A DNA stretch of 6,888 bases from Candidatus Helarchaeota ASGARD archaeon Hel_GB_B (GCA_005191425.1 SUPR01000141.1:1-6888); one strand, 5' to 3'; shown: positions 1 to 6,462, numbered from the stretch's first letter. Notes: generated by a model not told the origin, from the letters alone. Translations and numbers: made by a program.

Positions 1-922
1 TTTGTTTTTCTGTAATTAGCTGAGCTGTATTTTTTGTGCTTGTACTTATTCTATTTTCTTTTTGAGGAAATGGTCTAAGATTTGTTTTTGACATTTTAGC
101 TACAGCCTGTTCGGAACGCCAAAGTTCATGAGCAAAGTTATTATCTATTATTTTCATAGCTACATTAGAGTGGGCCGAGCTAGAATTATGTGGGTTAGCA
201 GACATTATAATAGAAACAAAATTTTCTCCAGAATCTGCTAAAAAAGTTTTTCTATGATTAGCCTTAAAATTTAAAAGACTTAAATAACTTCTGAGACTAA
301 CTTTATTTGTTGTTTCAGAAAAAGGATGTTTAACCCATCTTGGCCAGGTATGGTTTCCAAGCCATTGAAAGAAAGTTCGCCAAAGTGTAGAATAAACAGG
401 GTTACTATCTCTTAAAGGTTTTAAGTTTGTAATAATAATATTTACTCCAGCTTTTTTTAAGGATTCTAGTTCAGGACTAATATCTCCGCCATAGACAATA
501 TTAATTGGATCTGTTATTAAGTCTATTTGAAGGTTTGGGTATTTAGTTTTTTGTTTTATTAGGGCGCTAGTTAATTCACCGGCCAAGGATCGATAACTTG
601 TAGTCGCCTTACCTAGCCAGGAATTAAAAAGAAACATATCAACTAAAATATACTCTTGGGCATTTTTTATATCCTTTATAAGCTCATCAAATATTTGTTG
701 TTCATGAGCTATGTCGCCTTGATTATCTGTGTATGTTAAATCATATAAAAAATTAATCTGAGAATCTTGGAGAGGGATTTTAGGACTAATGTAGTTTATG
801 TTTTTAGGAAGAGGTTTATTCGTTTGCCAAACAGCAATTAAAAAAAGAAATAAAAATAAAAAGAGAATTATATATTTTTTGTTTAGTTTTTTAAGTTTAA
901 TAAATTTAAGCATAGAGAGCAT
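1..922 (-). CDS. Phospholipase D (HKD) superfamily protein with N-terminal membrane anchor; 3'-truncated by the window edge
   Basis: Hand translation: open from ATG 922 (alternative ATG 913; in-frame TAA just upstream at 923-925) to the edge, 307 codons, no stop. MLSMLKFIKLKKLNKKYIILFLFLFLFLIAVWQTNKPLP...YILVDMFLFN...LNFKANHRKTFLADSGENFVSIIMSANPH. Canonical HxKxxxxD (HRKTFLAD, nt 256-233) followed by SAN. Missing from the ORF track because it has no stop in the window. Confidence 0.9.
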   Translation of the reverse strand, partial: MLSMLKFIKLKKLNKKYIILFLFLFLFLIAVWQTNKPLPKNINYISPKIPLQDSQINFLYDLTYTDNQGDIAHEQQIFDELIKDIKNAQEYILVDMFLFNSWLGKATTSYRSLAGELTSALIKQKTKYPNLQIDLITDPINIVYGGDISPELESLKKAGVNIIITNLKPLRDSNPVYSTLWRTFFQWLGNHTWPRWVKHPFSETTNKVSLRSYLSLLNFKANHRKTFLADSGENFVSIIMSANPHNSSSAHSNVAMKIIDNNFAHELWRSEQAVAKMSKTNLRPFPQKENRISTSTKNTAQLITEKQ

Positions 923-938
923 TTATATTTATAATTTA

Positions 939-947
939 ATTATAGCA
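939..947 (-). promoter_or_regulatory. Extended -10 promoter (TGcTATAAT) for the PLD gene
   Basis: Perfect TGnTATAAT on the minus strand, 16 nt upstream of ATG 922; no clear -35. Confidence 0.6.
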
Positions 948-1043
948 TGGAACGTGGTAGTTTATATTTTTATTGGAGATTGGGATGAAGTTGGAATAGT
1001 ATAGTTAGTAATAGAAATTTAGTTATTTAGATTTATAAGAGTG

Positions 1044-1052
1044 TGGTATAAT
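1044..1052 (+). promoter_or_regulatory. Extended -10 promoter (TGgTATAAT) for the 1082-3494 operon
   Basis: Perfect TGnTATAAT 29 nt upstream of ATG 1082; a second TATAAT at 1057-1062. Confidence 0.6.
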
Positions 1053-1081
1053 TAAGTATAATAAAATTATTTTAAATTAAA

Positions 1082-1681
1082 ATGTTAAAATTAAACATAC
1101 TATTAATAATAATAATTACTGTTTTGTTTTCGGGTTGTTCAATAAATGATAAAGCAAAATTTAATGATATTGACCTTATTAAAACTGATGATTATTATCA
1201 TTTGGACGGTGATAAAATTTATGCTTTTAATAAAAATTTTATTCCTATCGGGGGAACTGGTGGGAAAAGTGATTGGTTTTATCTTAATTATGCTGATTTT
1301 AAAACATTTTTAGTTTTAGGCGGAGGATATGCAAAGGATAAAAATGCTGCATATTTATATAGTCATATAAGTGAATTAAAAAAAATTAAGGATATTGACT
1401 ATGAATCATTTATCTATATAGGGAAACAATTTGCTAAAGATAACAATAAAGTATTTTTCAGAGATAGAATAATAAGTGATGCTGATCCTTTTTCATTTAG
1501 TCTAATTGATGGTCCTAATGATTTTTTTACTAAAGATAAGAATTATGTATATTTGTATGATAAAAAAATTGACGGCTTAAATCCTGAAAGTTTTGAAATT
1601 TTAAGCTGGACAGAAGCTAGGGACAAAAATCATGAATATAAAGTTGATATGAATAAAGGTACGGTTACCATTAATAATTAA
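1082..1681 (+). CDS. DKNYY-repeat putative lipoprotein (199 aa)
   Basis: Signal peptide ending LFSG-C19 (lipobox-like); repeated motifs YAKDKNAAY, FAKDNNKVF, FTKDKNYVY, ARDKNHEY, separated by D(Y/P)xSF-type linkers typical of the DKNYY family. Confidence 0.8.
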   Translation: MLKLNILLIIIITVLFSGCSINDKAKFNDIDLIKTDDYYHLDGDKIYAFNKNFIPIGGTGGKSDWFYLNYADFKTFLVLGGGYAKDKNAAYLYSHISELKKIKDIDYESFIYIGKQFAKDNNKVFFRDRIISDADPFSFSLIDGPNDFFTKDKNYVYLYDKKIDGLNPESFEILSWTEARDKNHEYKVDMNKGTVTINN

Positions 1682-1699
1682 AATATTTAAGCATAAAGT

Positions 1700-3013
1700 A
1701 TGAAAATTAAAATTATTTTTTTGGTATTATTAGTAGCTTTTATTTCTGGATGTAAAAAAGGATTAGTAAAAAGTAATACACCAGAGAAGGAAGCAAGTGT
1801 TGTTAATTTTTCGGATTATATTTTACAAAAAGAAGAAATTCCAGAAAGATTTGTTTTGTTTCCAATTAGTGATTTTTTAAAAAAACAAGGTATTGAGTCA
1901 AATCCAGGTAATTTTACAGATTATAACATTTTAGAAAGTAGATATTTCGGAATAAATATTAAAAGTATTGAAAATATTTATTTTCAAAGTTTATCACGTA
2001 AAAAAATAAATAATCCCAAGATAGAAGATGCTGGTATTGATGTGATGGTTATAAAATTTAATTCCTCGAGTGATATGGAGGCGAATAAGAGTATGATTAA
2101 AAAATCTCAATGTGAGAATAACTGTTATGGTTTAAGCAAGAATAATATCGTTGTTTTAATTGATAGCAATTATAAAGAATTTACAGGGCATTATACTAAA
2201 TATAAGGAAAGAATGGGTCTAGAAGAATTTTATAATACTTTAAAGGCTAAGAATTTAGAAGGGGCTGAAAAGTTTATATCTAAAAAAATAGAAAAAGAAG
2301 TAGAAGAAAATAAAAAAGATTATAATTTAAATAAAGATATTGATTGCTATGAATATCGAGAGGGGCTATCACAAAATTCTTGTTTTGGATATAGCGCAAA
2401 ATTAAATAATGACAAGTCTCTTTGTCGGTATATCAATTCCGAAATAGGTAGAAATATATGTTATCAAAAATTTTATTCAAATAATATTTTAAATTGTAAT
2501 TTAGAATCGTTAATTGTCGCAAAGGATAATTGTTATTATGGCAGTACAATAGGGAAAATGATAAATTTTTGTGATAAAATCAATGATAATAAATTAAGGG
2601 ATAAATGTTATTTTGATTTAGCAATAAAGGGTGGTGATCAGACTTTCTGCGAGGATATTAACGATAGAGATCGAAAAACGATTTGTCTTGAAAATGCCGA
2701 TTGTAATAAGCATACAGATCGTATGAAAAAAATCAATTGTTTTAGCTCTAAGGGACTTTTAACTTTAGATGTATCTTATTGCAAGTATGTAGGTGATGAT
2801 GTATCAAGCCAGGCAGTATGTTATGCTACAATAGCAGAGCTTAGTTTAAACCCAGAATTGTGTGCTAATACTTCTGATTCTGATATGTGCTATTTAATAA
2901 TAGCACCTAAATTTTATGGAAGTGAAAAAAACATTTGCCAAAAAATTAACGATAAAACAAAATTGCAATATTGTTTAGATAAAATTGAAAGATCCAAAAA
3001 AGATGGCTCGTAA
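1700..3013 (+). CDS. Putative lipoprotein with C-terminal array of nine Cys-pair repeats (437 aa)
   Basis: Signal peptide ending FISG-C18 (lipobox). Residues 216-425 hold 18 Cys in a pattern dominated by C-x11-C(Y/F)-x11/13-C. Confidence 0.8.
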   Translation: MKIKIIFLVLLVAFISGCKKGLVKSNTPEKEASVVNFSDYILQKEEIPERFVLFPISDFLKKQGIESNPGNFTDYNILESRYFGINIKSIENIYFQSLSRKKINNPKIEDAGIDVMVIKFNSSSDMEANKSMIKKSQCENNCYGLSKNNIVVLIDSNYKEFTGHYTKYKERMGLEEFYNTLKAKNLEGAEKFISKKIEKEVEENKKDYNLNKDIDCYEYREGLSQNSCFGYSAKLNNDKSLCRYINSEIGRNICYQKFYSNNILNCNLESLIVAKDNCYYGSTIGKMINFCDKINDNKLRDKCYFDLAIKGGDQTFCEDINDRDRKTICLENADCNKHTDRMKKINCFSSKGLLTLDVSYCKYVGDDVSSQAVCYATIAELSLNPELCANTSDSDMCYLIIAPKFYGSEKNICQKINDKTKLQYCLDKIERSKKDGS

Positions 3014-3050
3014 TTTAAAAATAAATTTAAAATATTTTAATTTTATAAAT

Positions 3051-3494
3051 ATGAATAAAAAAAGATTTGGGATTATAGCTTCGGTGTACTTGGTTTTAAC
3101 TCAAGATAATAAAACTCTTTTACTTTTGCGGAAAAACACGGGATTTGAAGATGGGAATTATGGTTTGGTTGCTGGGCACGTTGAGGATAATGAGACCTTA
3201 AAGGAGGCGATGATTCGAGAAGCGAAAGAAGAGGCGGGAATTGATATTAAAGTTGATAATTTAGAATTGCGAAATGTTTTAAATAGACATGAAGTAAGCA
3301 ATGAAAGAGTTGATTTCTTTTTTAGTGTTAATAAATGGGAGGGTGAAATTATTAATAATGAGCCGGAAAAATGTGGTGGATTAGAATGGTTTGATATGGG
3401 CGTTTTACCAGAGAATGTAATTGGATATATTTGGCAGGCCTTGGAGGATGTTAAAAATAAAAGGTTTTATCGGGAGATTGTGGTGGAAAAATAA
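3051..3494 (+). CDS. Nudix hydrolase (147 aa from the probable start at 3051)
   Basis: Canonical Nudix box GHVEDNETLKEAMIREAKEEAGI (GX5EX7REUXEEXGU) and C-terminal NNEPEKC..LEWF...LP motif. The track start at 2985 overlaps the upstream gene and adds a low-complexity N-terminus; ATG 3051 is in frame and more plausible. Confidence 0.92.
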   Translation: MNKKRFGIIASVYLVLTQDNKTLLLLRKNTGFEDGNYGLVAGHVEDNETLKEAMIREAKEEAGIDIKVDNLELRNVLNRHEVSNERVDFFFSVNKWEGEIINNEPEKCGGLEWFDMGVLPENVIGYIWQALEDVKNKRFYREIVVEK

Positions 3495-3529
3495 TATTTG
3501 GATGTGTTGATGTCGTAAATTCGTTAGTA

Positions 3530-3567
3530 AATAAAAAACTGTAGATTTAAATCTACAGTTTTTTATT
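3530..3567. terminator. Bidirectional intrinsic terminator between the convergent Nudix and 202-aa genes
   Basis: Perfect 38-bp palindrome AATAAAAAACTGTAGATTT|AAATCTACAGTTTTTTATT with A6/T6 tracts on the two sides. Confidence 0.8.
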
Positions 3568-3602
3568 ATACTTATATTTAAATGTTGTGCTAGATGCAAA
3601 AC

Positions 3603-4211
3603 CTACAATTCTCCAACCGTAATTTTCCTAATATCTTTATTTGTAATTCCAAGTCCGAGGTCTATTAAAAGATGGAATGCTTCATTTGGTGTTTTTAGAG
3701 GTATGGCGAGTCTGCTTTCAGGATGGATATAATAGTATTCATCTTTTTCGTCTGTATTTAATAGAAATCTTCCGGCTAATTCCTCGGGGAATTTTTTTTC
3801 AAAATATATGTAGTCCACAATTTCCTCAAGGGGCATCTTTTTACTCAGTTTCTTTATAGTTAGCATTGCATCTCTTGGTTTTCCAAGATAATATCTTTTT
3901 GTGTCAATGGGCGAAACATACCAGGCAGCACCATCAGCCTCAATCTGTAAAAGAATTTTTCCTTTAAGTTTTTCTGCTAGATTGATATCTTTAGTTCCAC
4001 TTGTTAATTCTTTTTCTCTTCTGATAGTATTTTTAACATGATTACTCCTTATTTTTGCCATTTCCAGAGTGGAATTCATCAAAAATGTGGTCATTTTTGT
4101 TTCATAATTGATATTGTAAATCGTGCTGCTTAGAATGATATAGGCCACTAAAAACAAACCTAAAAGAATTATTTTAGTAAGATGTTTGTGTTTGCCGCGA
4201 TTTTCCAGCAT
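3603..4211 (-). CDS. Membrane-anchored protein with two ~41-aa internal repeats (LxGxxLL...xY(V/I)xP...P.(D/E)A) (202 aa)
   Basis: N-terminal hydrophobic helix (about aa 14-31). L82-L122 and L145-L185 align ungapped (LKGKILLQIEADGAAWYVSP / LAGRFLLNTDEKDEYYYIHP); ends LGLGITNKDIRKI. I recognise this motif from Patescibacteria (Falkowbacteria-like) surface proteins. Confidence 0.8.
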   Translation of the reverse strand: MLENRGKHKHLTKIILLGLFLVAYIILSSTIYNINYETKMTTFLMNSTLEMAKIRSNHVKNTIRREKELTSGTKDINLAEKLKGKILLQIEADGAAWYVSPIDTKRYYLGKPRDAMLTIKKLSKKMPLEEIVDYIYFEKKFPEELAGRFLLNTDEKDEYYYIHPESRLAIPLKTPNEAFHLLIDLGLGITNKDIRKITVGEL

Positions 4212-4244
4212 ATATTTTATTTAAGAGCTCATTGTCTTCTTTAT

Positions 4245-4253
4245 ATTATAGCA
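4245..4253 (-). promoter_or_regulatory. Extended -10 promoter (TGcTATAAT) for the 202-aa gene
   Basis: Perfect TGnTATAAT 33 nt upstream of ATG 4211. Confidence 0.6.
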
Positions 4254-4300
4254 TATTTTTTTGTTTTTCTGTTTTTTATTAATAAGTTGGTGGAATTAAC

Positions 4301-4326
4301 AAAAAAGTCCCTGATGGGACTTTTTT
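4301..4326. terminator. Intrinsic terminator-like hairpin lying between divergent genes
   Basis: AAAAAAGTCCC-TGAT-GGGACTTTTTT: 11-bp stem including the A/T tracts, 4-nt loop. Confidence 0.7.
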
Positions 4327-4329
4327 ATA

Positions 4330-4361
4330 TGCGGAACCTAGTGGACGATATTATAACTTTT
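4330..4361 (-). repeat. Degenerate tRNA-3'-end-like site B (putative att/recombination remnant)
   Basis: + strand TGCGGAACCTAGTGGACGATATTATAACTTTT; 21/32 ungapped identity to site C; starts TGCGG like the tRNA-Asp 3' end (6461-6465); 4344-4358 matches the T-arm block 6470-6484 at 10/15. Confidence 0.55.
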
Positions 4362-4398
4362 TTAAACAAAATCAGGAATATCATTATGTTCCCAAATT

Positions 4399-4407
4399 TG
4401 ATATAAT
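4399..4407 (+). promoter_or_regulatory. Extended -10 promoter (TGaTATAAT), leaderless configuration
   Basis: TGATATAAT followed by exactly 6 nt (GTAGAC) and then ATG 4414; no SD. Confidence 0.65.
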
Positions 4408-4413
4408 GTAGAC

Positions 4414-5538
4414 ATGGAAGAGGAAATTCAAAAATTAAATAAAAAAGATTATAAGAAAATAGTAATTATAATATTTTTAATTTTATTAATAATTATAGGA
4501 ATTAGTTTTAATAGTGTAATAAGGCAAAATTATAGCTATAAATCACAACTTAATTTTTTGTCAAAAACAAATGAAGAATTTAATAATGCTAATAAAAATA
4601 AAGGTCTTGAAATTGAAATCTGTAACTCTTTAATTAATGAAGATGCGAAGAAAAAATGTTATTTTGCATATGCAATAGAAAATAAAAATGCTGATACTTG
4701 TTTTGGAATGGTTGATTTAACTAAAAAATATAAAACCGGCGATAGTAGCACATATCTTTATCCAGAGAATATATGTGGCAAAGAACTGTTCCAAATAATG
4801 GCTAATGAAGAATTTTGTAAGCAAGTGGAAGAAATCGCTTCAAAAACTCCTATGATTATAGATAGTTGTTATCGCGAAATAATTCCTAAAACATATAAAA
4901 TTGGAAAAGGGACTGTATTAACAAATGAAATAAAAAAACTATTAGATAGTGGTGAACAAATAATAGAAATAAAATTATTATCGAATATTAAATATCCAAA
5001 ATATGTTCATAATAATCAAGTGGAAAAATTTTTTCAATTAGGAAATTTTCAATTTGCATTAATAAATAAAAATAATGGTTTAAAATATATATCGAAAGCA
5101 ACTGGTTTTTCTGGTGTTATATATAAAGAAAAAAATAATGAAGATTGGAAAATATTTTTTGAAATAATAGACAAAGATGATTCTGGTAATAACCCTATTT
5201 ATCTATGGGATGAAGGAAATGAAATTTATATATTGATGGTTCAATGTTGTGGAGCAGGAAGTGGGGAAGGAACGGCTAAAACAATAAAAAGTAATAACGG
5301 TGGAAAAAGCTGGAATATTGATAAATGCTTTTATCACTACACTGGTTATCACCAATATATTTCTGATGGAAGTTATTTGCCTAAAGATTGTATAAGTAAT
5401 GGCAAATGTAATGGATTTATGATTAAAGAGTATTATTATAATCCAAATATAATGAAATTTGAAAATAAAGTTTTTGATTATAAAACCGATGAAAATAAAT
5501 ATTATATAGTTGAGGAGTGTAGTGATATAGTGCTTTAA
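4414..5538 (+). CDS. Membrane-anchored Cys-rich surface protein (374 aa)
   Basis: N-terminal TM helix (about aa 16-33); six Cys at 70-152 including C-x11-CY-x12-C as in the 437-aa protein; C-terminal domain with CCGAGSGEG, an Asp-box-like SNNGGKSW and four further Cys. Confidence 0.8.
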   Translation: MEEEIQKLNKKDYKKIVIIIFLILLIIIGISFNSVIRQNYSYKSQLNFLSKTNEEFNNANKNKGLEIEICNSLINEDAKKKCYFAYAIENKNADTCFGMVDLTKKYKTGDSSTYLYPENICGKELFQIMANEEFCKQVEEIASKTPMIIDSCYREIIPKTYKIGKGTVLTNEIKKLLDSGEQIIEIKLLSNIKYPKYVHNNQVEKFFQLGNFQFALINKNNGLKYISKATGFSGVIYKEKNNEDWKIFFEIIDKDDSGNNPIYLWDEGNEIYILMVQCCGAGSGEGTAKTIKSNNGGKSWNIDKCFYHYTGYHQYISDGSYLPKDCISNGKCNGFMIKEYYYNPNIMKFENKVFDYKTDENKYYIVEECSDIVL

Positions 5539-5560
5539 ATATTTAATTAAATATTTATTT

Positions 5561-5586
5561 AAAAAACCGCCTTTCAGTGGTTTTTT
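5561..5586. terminator. Bidirectional intrinsic terminator between the convergent 374-aa and 240-aa genes
   Basis: AAAAAACCGC-CTTTCA-GTGGTTTTTT; stem with one G-T pair, A6/T6 tracts. Confidence 0.7.
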
Positions 5587-5603
5587 GTTGGAATGATGCT
5601 GTT

Positions 5604-5635
5604 TGCGGGAACTAATAGTCGCAACTCGAATTTTT
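5604..5635 (-). repeat. Degenerate tRNA-3'-end-like site C (putative att/recombination remnant)
   Basis: + strand TGCGGGAACTAATAGTCGCAACTCGAATTTTT; TTTGCGGGA (5602-5610) is identical to 6459-6467 at the tRNA 3' end; 5618-5632 matches the T-arm block 6470-6484 at 10/15; 21/32 to site B. Confidence 0.55.
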
Positions 5636-5641
5636 ATTAAG

Positions 5642-6364
5642 CTAAACAAGTGTTTTGCTATTCCGATATTTTGAATCAGAGAAATAGAGATAACACTCAA
5701 TCGCAAAAATTAAAAGTATTATTTCAATGCTTGTTTCAAATATTTCACCAACTCTCAAGATGTCTTGAGAGTTGGTGTTTATTAGAAAAATTTTATTGAC
5801 TATAGTATTTAATTCTCTGGACAATAGTAAGAGTGTTAGTATAAAAATACTCCCTATTGGAATTTTGAACTTAGAGGTGTATTTTTTTAAAAATGGAAAA
5901 ACCTTAATTAAAAGGGTAAAATAGACAAAATAAATTATAATTAAATATTTACCATAATCAAACAAGGCTCTATTTTTATTGTGAAATAAATTTAAATTAT
6001 GAATATTAAATTCTCTTTGGTAATTGTTTTCTATAAAATATTCTGGAGTGTTAAATTTGAATATCCATTGACCCCAACTTATTTCCTCAAAAAATAAAAA
6101 TAAAAGCGAAACACCAATAATTAAATAAAAAATATATTTTTTATTTTTCCAAAATATATATAAAAATATAATCGATCCCATAAGAGCTGATAATGCTCCG
6201 ATTGTTTCGTATATGCCTCCATCAGTTAAAAGAAATAAAACAAAACTGTCATTACCTGTTAGATGTAGAATAATAGGGATAATGAATAAAAAAGTAATAA
6301 AAAACAAAAGTAATATTTTATATTTAAAAGTATTTACATTTTTTAAAAATTTATTTATATACAT
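5642..6364 (-). CDS. Polytopic membrane protein of unknown function (about 6 TM helices, 240 aa)
   Basis: About six hydrophobic segments; motifs DGGIYE, FFEEISWGQWIF...PEYF..NNYQREFNIHN and GEIFE, which I recognise from an uncharacterised membrane-protein family. Confidence 0.8.
   Translation of the reverse strand: MYINKFLKNVNTFKYKILLLFFITFLFIIPIILHLTGNDSFVLFLLTDGGIYETIGALSALMGSIIFLYIFWKNKKYIFYLIIGVSLLFLFFEEISWGQWIFKFNTPEYFIENNYQREFNIHNLNLFHNKNRALFDYGKYLIIIYFVYFTLLIKVFPFLKKYTSKFKIPIGSIFILTLLLLSRELNTIVNKIFLINTNSQDILRVGEIFETSIEIILLIFAIECYLYFSDSKYRNSKTLV
5746..5777. repeat. Perfect 15-bp inverted repeat inside the 240-aa CDS
   Basis: CACCAACTCTCAAGA-TG-TCTTGAGAGTTGGTG. Confidence 0.9.
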
Positions 6365-6370
6365 ATTTTT

Positions 6371-6379
6371 ATTATACCA
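6371..6379 (-). promoter_or_regulatory. Extended -10 promoter (TGgTATAAT), leaderless configuration
   Basis: TGGTATAAT followed by exactly 6 nt (AAAAAT) and then ATG 6364; no SD. Confidence 0.65.
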
Positions 6380-6429
6380 AGAAAATGAAAAAAGTTAGAG
6401 TGTACAAAGGGAGCTAATAAAATTAACAA

Positions 6430-6457
6430 AAAAGTTGTCCAATATTGGACAACTTTT
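6430..6457 (-). terminator. Intrinsic terminator of tRNA-Asp
   Basis: Perfect 28-bp palindrome AAAAGTTGTCCAAT|ATTGGACAACTTTT a few nt downstream of the tRNA 3' end, reading into TTTTTTGTT on the minus strand. Confidence 0.8.
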
Positions 6458-6462
6458 ATTTG

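Noticed and set aside
915-922. Complementarity between the candidate sRNA (GGGAGCAU) and the PLD start region
   Set aside because: Only 8 bp with a G-U pair, and mostly sequestered in a stem.
798-1004. 68-aa + strand ORF
   Set aside because: Antisense to the PLD N-terminus and its promoter; low-complexity shadow.
1247-1270. IGGTGGKS as a Walker A motif in the DKNYY protein
   Set aside because: Does not fit GxxxxGK[ST] spacing, and the protein looks exported.
2985-3050. N-terminal extension of the Nudix ORF
   Set aside because: Overlaps the upstream gene end and an AT-rich spacer; in-frame ATG 3051 gives a normal-length Nudix protein.
3539-3558. TGTAGAT resembling the 3' end of Cas12a repeats
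   Set aside because: Single copy within a terminator palindrome; no repeat-spacer array or cas genes.
3405-3599. 64-aa minus-strand ORF
   Set aside because: Antisense to Nudix and runs through the terminator.
3592-3626. AGATGCAAAACCTA resembling the start of site B (ATATGCGGAACCTA), next to a terminator
   Set aside because: Only the first block matches (11/14), the T-arm-like block is absent and it overlaps a stop codon; worth rescoring with a PWM.
3677-3859. 60-aa + strand ORF
   Set aside because: Entirely antisense to the 202-aa gene.
4285-4292. AGTTGGTG shared with the in-CDS hairpin arm at 5770-5777
   Set aside because: Only 8 bp with no flanking similarity; plausible by chance.
4182-4406. 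74-aa + strand ORF
   Set aside because: Crosses two promoters and a terminator; only its MRNLVDDIITF segment is of note, as the site B signature.
5203-5706. 167-aa minus-strand ORF
   Set aside because: Antisense to the 374-aa gene and crosses the terminator; hydrophobicity is an artefact of AT-rich antisense codons.
6213-6398. 61-aa + strand ORF
   Set aside because: Antisense to the 240-aa gene.
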